64,000 nt of DNA, from contig OZ024747.1 in NCBI GenBank assembly GCA_964016885.1, forward strand, positions 73,098,001 to 73,162,000, in the 5' to 3' direction. The translations under genes were made by a program, and so were the position numbers. This document shows, one piece after another, positions 1-13,182 of the stretch (positions are counted from its first letter, which is position 1; the number at the start of each line of letters is the position of its first letter). The stretch is from Eledone cirrhosa (lineage: Eukaryota). Below the pieces are notes generated by a model. It saw only the letters and a program-made list of their open reading frames with translations. It was not told the origin of the DNA and made no database searches.

Positions 1-24
1 ATAGAGAGAGTGTGTGTGTAGGTG

Positions 25-91
<67 letters not shown>

Positions 92-254
92 GCGAGAGAA
101 AAAGAGAGACAGAGATAGGGAGGGAGAGACTGAGAGAAAGAAAAAGAAAGAAAATGAGAGTGAAAACGGATTTTAGATTTGAAATCGATTCCTGGACTCT
201 GTCGACAATGATTAACCATAGAATGTTCTAGTTATCTAGTTCTGCATCTCTGCC

Positions 255-314
<60 letters not shown>

Positions 315-357
315 AATATACACATACTTATATAAATATAAAAACATAATTATATTG

Positions 358-404
<47 letters not shown>

Positions 405-1025
405 CACACACATATATATACATACACATATATATGCATATATGTATGTATATATGTATGCATAGATATCTATAGAAACATTAATATATACGCGTATGCG
501 TATGCATGTATGTGTGTGTGCATGTATGTATGAATGCATGCAATTACATGGATGTAGCATATAATATATACATGTATGTGTGTTGCATGTGTGTAGGAAC
601 GTGGGTGTATGTATGTGCGTCGGTTCATGGTAACACAATGTGGAACCATGCACCCTGTCCTTAGACACCAGGATTGTTTTCTCTTTTTTATTTTCGTCTA
701 TTTATTTTCTTAATTCTCTATTGAGCCAAATGTGAATGGAGAGTGAGGTCGGTAGATGGCGCGAAACATGTCTTTTTATTCAAATCATTATTCGGCTCGA
801 TTGAAATCACCACATATAGAGATACACGTATATACATAGATACGTACATACATAGATACGTATATACATAGATACGTATATACATATATACGTATATACA
901 CGTATATATACGTACATTCATACATGAAAACATACATAAATAAATGTTTGTATGCATGTATGAATATATGTATATATGTATGTATGAATATATGTATGTA
1001 TATGTATGTATGTATTTATATATGA

Positions 1026-1058
<33 letters not shown>

Positions 1059-1319
1059 TGTACGCGCGTGTTTCTGACGTTCTGATAATTGTTTTATTTT
1101 CTACAAAATTGGATCCTATTTAGTGTTGGCAGTGAAAGGAGTGTGGGTTGTAGTGTCATTGTAGTGTCATTGTAATGATGTTCTGGTGGAGGATGTATAG
1201 AGGTGGTATGGTGCTAGATGTTATTCACTATGGAGTCGTGCTGTAGCTATAGAAAGTGATGGCGTGGTCTTAGTGAATTTCTGGTTTAGTGGCCTTGTTT
1301 ATTTTTTCTCTATATATTT

Positions 1320-1765
1320 CTCTTTCTTTATTTTATAAAGCCGCTTATAGAAAAACATAACACTATTAAAGGGAACAAATAAAGAAGGAAAAAAGGAAAT
1401 GAAAAGAAGAAACAAAGAATCATGCAATGAAAGAAAGGGAAAAAGGAAGGGTCCCTACAACCAGGCCAAGTGATGTCTCAGCCGCGCCTAGCGAACAAGA
1501 CAGTAAAGGTGTTACCGTGGGGAATGGCCAGAGACACCCGCTGCAACCGCCACCCCACCTTACGGGGCTCCCTCACCAACTGGGTATAATGTAGGTGGAA
1601 TGCCAGTGGGGTAGTATCTGTGACAAGCTCCTGTTTATACGACCTGTGATCAGACATGACCACCCTGCTTTCTTTTTTATCCACTACATTACCAATTGTT
1701 TCGATTTGTAAGTCAAGACATGCTGCTCTTTCTAGCAGGTTGAGGGGCACATAGCGGGTTCCTTT
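1320..1765 (-). mobile_element. Possible decayed 3' fragment of a Tx1-like LINE
   Basis: GC-richer 90-aa ORF followed by a T-rich 3' region; only weak resemblance to the C-terminus of the 19 kb element. Confidence 0.3.
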
Positions 1766-2667
1766 TATGATCAGTGTGGTGGTGAAAATTTAGCTATAGT
1801 GCTTCTTTTGGTGGTGATGTGGTTGTGTGGTGTTTGGTAGAGAGGCTTTGTTGATTTTACTGCAGTTAATGTTGTAGTTCTACTAAAGGACAATATTGGT
1901 GTTAACAGAGGAAACAAAAAAAACAAAAAAAAAAACAAACAATATGGTGGTAATGATAACACTGCTGGTAATAATAGTGATAACGGCGGTTGTGTTCAGA
2001 ATGATAGTGATTGCGGTTGAAATACTGTTGATATCCGCTTTGGTCATATCGATGATCAACAAGGGATATGACAAATACAGTTATAGGAAGGGTGTTATGG
2101 CGCTGAATAAAAATTGAGGCGGGAAAGGAAGAGGGAGTGGAAATAGAATTTAAAAAGGTTAAAAGGAAAGAAAAAATATTAACACGAAAAATAATTAACA
2201 AAAAAACATGGAAAAAAATGTGAATGAAATATGAGATTGAAAACATTAAACAGCATCAACAGCAACAACAACAATGACAAAAACGCCGGCAAGGACAACA
2301 ATAACAAGCTGCAGTAGTAGTGGCAACAAGAACAACGACAGCAACAATATTTATAGAAAACTCAACAATAATAATAATAAGATCAGAAATAACCCAATTC
2401 CTATAATAATATCTGCAGCAAAAGAAGACACAACAGTAACAACAACAATAACAACAGCAGTAGTAGAAATAAAACCAACAATAAGAAAAAGAAGAAAATG
2501 AGCGATTGGGGAAAAGCTGTGTAATTAGAAGTCAAGTGAAAGGGAGAGGATCGATTCTAGACATGTGATATATATACATTGTTATACATTTATATACATA
2601 CCGCCATACCTACTTACATAACGACACACAAACATGTATACACACAGTATATATATATATATATATG

Positions 2668-2730
2668 AAAAGATTCAGGACTCCAACGGCTGAGCTCCGG
2701 CCGTTTCGATAACTAGATCCGAACGCCTAA

Positions 2731-2733
<3 letters not shown>
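2668..2733 (-). mobile_element. Diverged relative of the family A hammerhead half (GAAA-stem III-GTT) between TA tracts
   Basis: Minus strand CGAAACGGCCGGAGCTCAGCCGTTGGAGTCC versus family A CGAAACGGCTTGAGCTCAGCCGTCGGGGTC. Confidence 0.6.
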
Positions 2734-2811
<78 letters not shown>

Positions 2812-3543
2812 AATGTAACGTCCAGTTCCTGTAGGTCCACACTAAATTTCCAATCCAATCTAGTGTCTTCTCACTCCTGTTGGATGAATCCCCTCCACTG
2901 GTTGACCTCCACCATTTTCTCGTTGGTTTTGCTCATGTCTTCAGGGGTGTAGCCGTGCTCACTACACTTGGCCAATTGCTGGTAGGTAAGGCTATTTAAC
3001 CCATAGTTTGGGTGGATGGCTGTTGACTCCGAGGAGTTCATCCACCATTTTTAACAGCTCTTGCTTTTTGTTCTGCTGGGGCTTCTCTTACCCCCATCTG
3101 CCGACCTTGGTCTGGTGAGGGAGCCGGTTTACTCACTGACCATTCGACAATGAAGCAGGTTGTACTGGGTTACATGGTACCAGTAGCAGGCAGAAGACTG
3201 ACATGATCAGATCAGGGTCTGGGGTTATTCACTGAGCACTCGACCACGAAGCAGGTTGTCCTAGGTTACATGGTACCAGTATCAGGCAGAAGTCTGACCT
3301 GGTTACAGAACTAAATTTCTCTGTTAAAATAAATAAATGGTTTAGAATAATGTGAGACTATACAAGTTAAGGTGATCCTGTATGATTTATTTACCAATTA
3401 TGTCTTTATATTTATCAATTATTTACTCATTAACAATGTAATTAATTATTTTATTAGGTAACTAATTATAAACACAATTATGTATTTACTGAATCTATTT
3501 TCGTAATTATGCAATAACTAACTTATTAATTTAGTTGTTTATT

Positions 3544-3623
<80 letters not shown>

Positions 3624-4204
3624 GTCTCTCTCTCGCTCTCTTTCTCTCTCTCTCACACACACGCACACACTCTCTATTCATTTATCTAGCTATCAATTGA
3701 AAAAGAGATATACAGGGAGAATCTACCCCAGAAATAGACTGGTACGTTTTTTATCGACCTCGAAAGCACAACAGGCAAAGTTGACCTGAGAGCAGAGAGC
3801 TGGAACAAATACCGATGTTCTAGCGCCTCTGCCTTATTCATCACGTATTGTAGTTAATAGGTTAATGTGCGATTAATATGTTAATTGCTAGATTAATGTG
3901 GAATTTGAAAACATTGTGGTTATATTATAATTGATGTATTTGTGTTTAAATTGGATGGAGATGTAAATTGTAGTCGATTATGAAATAATAAAAAAAAAAC
4001 TTTGTGTAATCTTGCAAGATTAACAGAAACAATGGACTTTGATGAAAATAAGGAGAAAGCAACGGCTGAATGATAGGGAGGAGCATTGTCCATAATTGTT
4101 GTATCTCGATAAGATCTGATGTAAATAGATATGCAAAGTTGTTTTAGCTAATATCTACAGCTCAGAGTTGTCTCGAGCTCGGAGGTTCATTAGGCCGGAA
4201 GTTC

Positions 4205-4435
4205 ATTAGGCTCGTGCTTATCCTGGTTTCCGTAGCGTTAAGCGATTGAGAGTACAAGACTGCACCCTGGACAGAGTTACCTCCTCCAGTTATTGCTGGT
4301 ACTCATTTTCAACTGAGTATACTGGAGCAACGTGAAATGAAGTATTTTGTTGTACAACACAACACACAACCCAGTCCAGGAATCGAACCCACAACATTAT
4401 GATCGTAAGTCTAACACCCTTACCGACAAGCCACT
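4205..4435 (-). mobile_element. tRNA-derived SINE (family 3)
   Basis: Minus strand GTGGCTTGTCGG..GGGTTCGATTCCTGGACTGGG..ACTTCATTTCACGTTGCTCCAG..ATGAGTACCAGCAATA. Homologous to 35690-35930. Confidence 0.75.
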
Positions 4436-4850
4436 CTATATTAGGTTTAGCTAATACAGATTTTCAAAAAAAATTAAGACTACAATAATAATAGAGTGCT
4501 TAATTATGAGGGCGATTTCATTGGGTGGCGATTGCCTTTAAGAAGACCGTCCTGTCACGTTTAAGAATACCGTCCTGTCACGTTTAAACAGAAGTAAAGA
4601 GTTTTCTTTTAAATGCTGTAACTGGATAGTTTTCACGATCACTAGAATATGATATTGTATTAAATACTTACGGTTATGTTTTTACAATGGAGCGTGTGTC
4701 GCAACTGTGCTTTCTACTTTTCGGAGTGATTAGATGGTTTAAATCTATCGATACCATATTTCTAATGAAAGACAGTGTCTATGGATTCGAAAATATTTTG
4801 GAAATAATCAAAAATTTGGAGGTAATCTATACATATATATAAAACTGTAG

Positions 4851-4917
<67 letters not shown>

Positions 4918-4930
4918 TGTGTGTGTGTGT

Positions 4931-5006
<76 letters not shown>

Positions 5007-5034
5007 CCCCCCCTCCCCTCATTTTTGCAAATTA

Positions 5035-6135
5035 TATACAAATCCACATTTCTACTCCGATTGACTTCAAACTTGCATTTATATATTCCTTGCGGTCTAA
5101 AGATATTAACTGCAGGTTTTATTTTTCAATTTTCTGTTGTTAAAGGGGTGTTAGGCGCCGGTTATCTATCTCCGTCGCGCCCTTATAATATCTGTCTGTA
5201 TGTCTGTATGTCTGCATTACAACATTATGGCAAACATTGATGACGTATTATGTTCGCTATTTTCCGTTCATTGCCAGGGAACGTCTTCACGAACCAAAGT
5301 ATCGTCTTCCTGTTTTCCTTCGGTTGCAACGTTTTTCGAAATATTTACTTCTGCGTTCACAGATTGATTTTTTTAGTTTAAGAAGATCTCGTTAAGGGTA
5401 AAAGCAGCGATTCTCTGCTTAAACTTTAATCTGTTATTTTAATATATAATATAAGCGAGGCAAGCCAGCCCAGTTGCCACTTCTTGCCAATAAACATTAA
5501 CCCTTTGTGCGCCATTCATCTAACTGTAGACCAACAAATACCAACTAAACGGAGCGTTGACAAGAACGATGGCGAATGAATCTTTGAGGTAAGGAGTTTC
5601 CTCCCAAGCGGGATTCACTGCTACACCTTTTCGTAATAATACCGAACAACGTACTGCTGGTCACTCCTTCCTCCAAAAGCCGTACAAAGTGGACATGTGC
5701 ATCGGGCAGATGGATCGGGTGCAAATCTACACCAGGCCTATGCGAGAAATTCGCAAGAGACTGCATCGAGAGGGATAGAGAGAAAGAGTAACTTAGTGGA
5801 AAGTGTGTGAATGAACTTTTGAGGTAAGTAGCTTGCGCCTTACTACTATTGCACTGCAACCTTCTGACAACTTAACATGTGACTTTCTCTTTCACATTTA
5901 CTCCAATAGGCCAAAACAGAGGTTTATGAAAAGAAGGGGCTCAACAATATTTCTATGAACAATGCACGTAGACAGCTAAACTGTACTTTCAACTTCTTAA
6001 TTTTCTCCAAATAAAACAAGTTTCCTGTCGGTATATTTTCGTGAGTTTTTAACAGGCACTCATAAATAAACGTTTCTCATTGGAGGTGCTATTACCAATG
6101 TTCTTACCCGTGCAACGCCGGGATACACTGCTAAT
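5035..6135 (-). mobile_element. Non-autonomous Helitron-like element related to 41391-42050
   Basis: Minus-strand start TTAGCAGTGTATCCCGGCGTTGCACGGG and shared internal blocks. The left boundary is approximate. Confidence 0.55.
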
Positions 6136-7159
6136 ATATAATAGAACTAACTTTCTCATTATTTATCTGGTGTCATAACTTAACAATAGATCCTACATAA
6201 AAGTATGATGGAAGGTGTTTAGATAAATATAAATACTTTAAAATATATAGCTCTATATAATAGAACTAAAGGTGGTTTCACCTGGTTTAGTATCAAATAC
6301 GTTAACATAAGATTCTAGTTGACAGATGAATAAATGGCAGTCTATCACAGACTCGGGAAGAGAATTAAAATCAGAAGATTGTCACCTTCCTATATTCTTA
6401 TATCTTTAACCCTTTTCTTTCACCTTCCTATATTGTTATATCTGTGAAAAATTCAAAGAACCATTATCTTTTGTTTATCATTCCTTGAAACCTGGTTATT
6501 AAGACGTTATGTTGGGTAAGTGATGTATTCAGATAACTGAGATAACCAAGCAACTGAGGTAACTAGAACTTCCTCAGTTTAGGTTAAGTCCGCGACAAAA
6601 GCTTGAGATCGAATGCAAATAAACAATTCTTATCTTCCCGGTAACTCTGTCTCGTGTCTAACATAATAACGAACGATAAAGAAGTTGATGAAAGAGAAAA
6701 AAAGAGAACGGAAAAGAAAGAAAAAAAAGAAAGAAAGTAACATATGAAATAGAAGAAAGAGAAGTAACATTCAGTAAATGTCTTTCATATTTTCTTTTTA
6801 CTTCTATCTTCACACATGATGATGAGACGAAAATAACACTTAATATTCTATGTTTAGCTTATCGCAAGTAATAAATATTGTAGTTGTATGATAATATTAA
6901 ACATATACTTGTATGTAGTAGCGTAGCTTCCTACTATGCATTCCAGTCACACAAGTCAATTAAATTAAGGCGGTTACTTATATGTATCATTGCATTTATC
7001 AATTCTTACTACTGTCTGCTTACAGTACACAACTTACTAGTTCTACTCCATAGCCTTGCTTTTGGAGACAGACATTGATTGAATTACTTTAAATAATCCA
7101 TTTGCTTCATTACAATGATGTCATCCATAGCAATTCTCCCCGTCTTCTTTCTCTCTTTC

Positions 7160-7320
7160 TTCTTCTTCTTCTTCTTCTTCTTCTTCTTCTTCTTGAAATG
7201 GTTGAGAGGGCAGAGTCCTCAAACATTCCTTCCAGTGGGTCTTGTCAGAAGCAATCTCCAATTGATCTGACTGGATCCCCAAGCGAGACCAGCTCAGGAT
7301 TCATGACCATAGGTAATGGT
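7160..7320 (-). mobile_element. 3' end of an RTE-like LINE with (AAG)n tail
   Basis: Minus frame reads LGIQSDQLEIASDKTHWKECLRTLPSQP, resembling the LGI..A.DR..WR C-terminus of RTE ORFs. A related TGAGGACTCTGCCC motif occurs at ~18505 before an AAG run. Confidence 0.45.
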
Positions 7321-8068
7321 TGGCTCGAATATCGAATTGAAAATAACGAGTTTGGCTTTTATACTTACCTCCCTTTCTCTGATTACCGTATATTGAAGCT
7401 GGCGCATTACTGCACCAGCTCCTGCAATTTTTGCACTTAATTCCTGCCTCAAAAGGCCCCCCCCTAAAAAAGCCTAGTCTTCGCGGGCTTGATAAAGTAC
7501 TACATTAGTGACTGACAAGAATCGGACCACCAAAACTGCAATATTGTGAGAGGTAAGAAAAAGAATCGCAATGGATCATCCTTCGTGCGGGTTATCAAGG
7601 GACATGTTCAGACTTCAGATAGAGGGGGCCCGTTCGAAAAATATATTGCAGTCTCCATTTCATGCTGTAAAAACTGACGATGGGCCTGCGACCTGTCCTG
7701 GGAAGGGTGGGATAGACGTACTAAAATTGTGTATCCCGAGACCCCCAAAGAAGTTTCTGAATGGAGCAAACCTCTGATTCTTGATTATTCTAAACTGTCG
7801 GGAGATTTGACCCCCTCATCACAACTTATTAGATTAGTATCACTGGATTGTACATTGGCACACACGTCTGGCGTCTTATTGTCTAGATATCGATTGATTA
7901 AATAAATAACGAGAAAAAGCGAGAGACTGATTAGGTCCTTCTTATTGTAGTTATCGCATTCTCTACTGTTTGATAATTCATTTGAATATTTTAATAATTC
8001 ATTAAAAACTACTACTGCTGCTGGTATTGCTGCTGCTGCTGCTGCTACAATACTGTTGTTGCTGCTGT

Positions 8069-8101
<33 letters not shown>

Positions 8102-9603
8102 CACTGCTACTGCTGCCGATGGTGATGAAGACGACGAAATCAATACAAGTATGCAACAGTTAATTTTCGTGTAATTATTTCGAAATATTATTTTTGAAGA
8201 TAGTCGTTCTTTCTTTCTTTCTTTCTTTCTTTCTTGATATTTCATTCTGAATTAATCACTCAGATATGAAGTGCGAGAAAGAAAATAAACAACAACAAAA
8301 ATATCAAAAGAACCATACCCCTCTCCTAAAAAAAAAACAAAAACAATAATAACCGGCAACACCATTCTCTGAATACCTTGCTTAATTTTGATTTTAAGGC
8401 AGACAATATATCACCATAAATCGATATTAATTGACTGAAAAGAAAAGAAGAGTTAAGGAAAATGACCTGGTCTGTAAAATATCTTTTAAGGTCAAACTAT
8501 CATCAAAGTGTATTTTCTTATCAGTTTATAGAACTTAGACAATATTTTACAACTATCCAACCAGAACGTGATGAGTCATGTATTTTGTCTTACAAGGATT
8601 TCGGATTTGTCTTCAGGTTTATTTTCTTTTATTTCGTTCGGAATAGACAGCATGTATTACCATGTATTTTGTTATTGTTGTTTTTGTTTAGTCCGTATTA
8701 ATTTTCTTCGAGAATACATATGATTAAAATCGTTCCAGCTGTGACCATCCCATCGTTTTGTTTCAGACACAGAGTGAAAATATCTCATGTATATTTCCTT
8801 TTTAAGACAGTAGAAATATGTTTGAGACTGCCCCCTTGTGCCTAAATCAGAAACAATTATTACTATTCATCATTTGTAAGGCAAATTACTAAGTGGAAAC
8901 GAGAGGAAGATGCGTCGCTTAGTGGATAGAGAGTTGGTTTCACAATCATAAGGTTGTCAGCTTGATTCCTAGGAAGGGCGATACGTTGTGGCCTGGAATA
9001 AGACGCTTTCTTTTTTTCTTTTCAAGATGCTTTTTCTGTCAGGAGTTGCGTCCGATAGATAGTAATCAGTAATTGGAAAGACCAATGGGAACATTGTTTC
9101 TTTGGTCCGATTTGACGAGATCCACCTTACACGGGAAGCGAATGAGGCCTGGGATCTTGTCGAAAGACAAAACAAAACCAGCCTAGGATGCCAGGAGTTG
9201 TGACACCTTCCCCAGCTCATAGCACAATGCCTCAACTAAAAATCTAGGCACCGTCTTCTGTATTGTAGAAGAGCACCGGATAGCCAAGTACTTGGGTTTT
9301 ATGGATCACTTCCTTTTTGTGCTGTTTTCTTCCTCAAAACCGAGAAGAGTGTATTTTGTTTGAGAAACGACCCTCGTGAGGTGGAATGGTTTATACACCT
9401 GGGGTCGCTGGCTATTTCTCACTGTAAGGTTTTCATTTTTTTTTAATTTAATTTTATTTCTCCCTCCTTTTTTTTTTCTTTTTTTTTCTCTCTTCTTGTT
9501 TATTGTTTAAACCTTTTTAAAAACACTTTCATTATTTTGTATCTTACAAAACTTATGTCATTTTAACTACAAACATCAGCTATGGCAGATGTTATATCTA
9601 CCT

Positions 9604-10512
9604 GTGGTGGTGGTGTTGTTGTTGGTGGTGGTGTGGTGGCGGTGGTGTTGGTGGTGGTGGTGTGGTGGTGGTGGTGGTGGTTGTGGTGATGGTGGTGGTG
9701 GTGGTGTGGTGGTGGTGGTTGTGATGGTGGTGGTAGTGGTGGTGTTGGTGGTGTTGGTGGTGGTGGTGGTGGTTGTGATGGTGGTGGTAGTGGTGGTGTT
9801 GGTGGTGTTGGTGGTGGTGGTGGTGGTTGTGGTGATGGTGGTGGTGGTGGTGTGGTGGTGGTGGTGGTGGTGGTTGTGGTGATGGTGGTGTGGTGGTGTG
9901 GTGGTGGTTGTGGTGATGGTGATGGTGGTGGTGTTGGTGGTGTTGGTGGTGTTGGTGGTGGTGGTGGTGGTTATGGTGATGGTGGTGGTGGTGGTGTGGT
10001 GGTGGTGGTGGTTGTGGTGATGGTGGTGGTGGTGGTGTAGTGGTGGTGGTGGTGGTTGTGGTGATGGTGGTGGTGGTGGTGTGGTGGTGGTGGTGGTTGT
10101 GGTGATGGTGGTGGTGGTGGTGTGGTGGTGGTGGTTGTGATGGTGGTGGTGGTGGTGGTGGTTGTGGTGATGGTGGTGGTGGTGGTTGTGGTGATGGTGG
10201 TGGTGGTGGTTGTGGTGATGGTGGTGGTGGTAGTGGTGGTAGTGGTGGTGGTGGTGGTGTGGTGATGGTGGTGGTGGTGGTGGTTGTGATGGTGGTGGTA
10301 GTGGTGGTGTTGGTGGTGTTGGTGGTGGTGATGGTGGTGGTGGTGGTGTGGTGGTGGTGGTGGTAATGGTGGTTGTGGTGATGGTGGTTGTGGTGATGGT
10401 GGTGGTGATAGTGGTGTTGGTGGTGATGGTAGTGGTGATAGTGGTGGTGGTGGTGTAGTGGTGGTGGTAGTGGTGGTGTTGGTGGTGTTGGTGGTGGTAG
10501 TGGTGGTGGTAG
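9604..10512. repeat. (GGT)n-rich microsatellite, ~0.9 kb
   Basis: Directly visible. Confidence 0.97.
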
Positions 10513-10622
10513 GATAAGTTCAGAACAACATTTACATCTGTTATAAATATCCTTTTCTGTTTGATAAGTAATTCTTAATTCGAAATATTACATTATATAA
10601 AATTATTTTATAAAATTATTGT

Positions 10623-10687
<65 letters not shown>

Positions 10688-12462
10688 TAAATATACAAGC
10701 GCACAGATCTACACACGCGCAATCCTTTGATTGTTAGATTCAGTACTCACTATATTAACTGGCATCCATGTTATGAAGATTTAAAATATTTCTCTTTAAT
10801 GAGATTGTATGTGTGTGTGTGTGTGCGCATGTGTGTGTGTGTGTCAGTGCGTATGGGTGTATCTGTGTGTCAGTGTGTATGTGTGTGTCAGTGTGTATGA
10901 GTGTGTGTGTCAGTGTGTGTGTGTTTGTGTGTGTGTGAAAGATAGGGAGAAAGAGAGAGCATGTGTGTGCGGGCATGTGTATGTGACCAAAACTTAGGAC
11001 TGTGTTGTGTTTAATCTTGTTAAAAGTATGGAAAGAAAGAAACGTGGTTATCTCGACAAAATAGCAGTCACTGTAGTAACCCGTGTTGTATGTATTTGTG
11101 TCCAATAAACCACACCATACCATAAACGATATCTATTGCCAATACGTGATTAACAGTCAGCTCAATCTCTATCATTTATATTGTCTAGTTTCAATAAAAA
11201 ACATTTCTTTTACCAACAAATATTGATTTCTAATATAGACACAAAATCTCAAATTTAGGTAATAGTTGATAATACAGTACTTGACTGTTGCTTTATTTTA
11301 TCGATCTTGGAAGAATGAAAGCAAAAGTTAACTTCGGCGGGATTTGAACTCAGAATGCCGTCGCGCCAATGATTTTGCCAATTTACTTTGAAATATTTAT
11401 TTTATCGTGTGAAACCGGATTAAAAATCTTACAATTTTTAGTTTGGTTTCTTTTCGTGACTTAAAATCATGTCAGGATATTAGAGTTGAATAAATTATGT
11501 AAGAAATATAGAGTGGGGCAGATTCCACCAATTATCTCCTTCTATCACTGGGTTCCATTCGGGACTGAATAAATTCCGGACCAGTCGAGATTGCAAACTG
11601 CTTTCGGTTCTCTCTTGATGAACTTTTTCTTTCAGGGGATAAAATTCAAAAATCTGTCTCGAACCCGGAGGCTCATTAGACCGGTTCTTATCCCGGTTTC
11701 TGTGTCGTTAAATGACTGAGACTACAATACTTTTCCCTGCTTATAGGTTTACCAAGATACTCTCATGGTATGACCAAATAAGGTTTATATTTCAACATAT
11801 TCCCTGGAAAGAAACAATACAGTTATTAACAGAAACTGTTGAAATTAATACAAGCAAGATTTCACGGCTTTTTCCGAAATATAAGTTTATGGAAAATGTT
11901 ATCACGAAACTAAAGGTTACTGAGAGAATAAATATTTAATGTCAGAGCTCCTCTCCCGTCTTTATGTCACTATTTTCAGCAAAGGTTCAGCTTCATCTTC
12001 ATCGATATTTATGTGTGAAAAGCCTTATTCTGTGTTACTTGTAAGAGCAATATAAAACAACTCCCTCTCTTTTCTCTCTATCTCTCTCTCCCTATTTCTC
12101 TCTTTCTCTGTCTTTCTCCCTTTCTCCTTTTCTTTCTCTCTCTCGCTTTCACACTATGACACTATGATATTAGAGTGCTACGTTAGCAAGCTTATAAACG
12201 ATATCAGAAGCATCGATAACGATATATTATTTATCACTTGTTTCTATCTGATAGATTTTTCTTTATTAATTCGTTATCTGAGTTGGTGGTGGTGGTGGTG
12301 GTAGGGGGGGGGGGGGGCAGCTTTACTAAGGAGATTGTATAAACGGATTAATTGAATTAATCTTAGCCACCAGATTGAAATATGTATCGATATATATATA
12401 TGTATTGGTGATTAAGTTATGGCTTTTCATGTGCTCGCGCATTTTTGTACCATATTTGAAAA

Positions 12463-12957
12463 GGCGCCGAATTGGCAGAGTCGTTAGAAGGTCGGATAGA
12501 ATGCTTTGTGGTGTTTGTTCCAGCTCTATGTCCCCCAAGTTCAAATCCCGTCGAGGTCAACTTTGCCTTTCATCCATTCGCGGTCGATTTTCCCTCTATA
12601 TCTCTTTCTCACTACCATTCTCTTACTCTCTCTATCCTTCTCTGGAAGAAATCTGCTGTATTCCTAGCTGGAGAGGATATGGGCTCCACCAGGTTTAAAA
12701 TAATTGTTTCTACTTTTGGCACAACGCCAGCAATTACTCAGTACATTACTGGTACTTTATTTTATTGACCTCGTAAGGATGAAAGGCAACGTTAACCTCG
12801 ACGGGATTTGGACTCAGACCGTAAAAGGACGTAACTATGCTAAAAAGCATGGCACCAAACCTCTACCGATACTGCAAATTCACTCTCGGGTTTAAAATAA
12901 TGCTTTAGAAACACGCCGTATGACAATATGGTGCCCCTACGACCCCCTCGAGGGTAG
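12463..12957 (+). mobile_element. Family 2 SINE (tRNA head, shared body, CT-rich extended 3' part), interrupted by a family 1 SINE
   Basis: A box TGGCAGAGTCG, B box AAGTTCAAATCC, then TATATCTCTTTCTCACT..GAAATCTGCTGTA..CCACCAGGTTTAAA. Homologues at 34180-34522, 35505-35680 and 56160-56800. Confidence 0.7.
12701..12888 (-). mobile_element. tRNA-derived SINE (family 1), nested in a family 2 SINE, with 13-bp TSD
   Basis: Matches the consensus seen at 32992-33168. GGTTTAAAATAAT occurs at 12692-12704 and 12889-12901. Confidence 0.85.
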
Positions 12958-13002
12958 ATATAGCTGTAATCTTGCTATTTGCTTTATAGATTAACAAGAG
13001 AT

Positions 13003-13182
13003 TAATTGTTTCTACTTTTGGCACAAGGCCAGCAATAACCCAGTGCATTACTGGTACTTTATTTTATCGACGCCGTAAGGATGAAAGGCAAAGTTAACCT
13101 CGACGGGATTTGAACTCAGAATGGCAAGGGCCGTAACTCTATACGTCAAAGTATGCCGTCCGACCATCTACCGATACTGCCA
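13003..13182 (-). mobile_element. tRNA-derived SINE (family 1) with 11-bp TSD
   Basis: AAGAGATTAAT at 12996-13006 and 13183-13193. A/B boxes on the minus strand. Confidence 0.85.

Noticed and set aside
3210-3300. HDV-like ribozyme suggested by minus-strand ACC-TGCTTCGT-GGT
   Set aside because: No matching P1 5' strand or P2 could be found.
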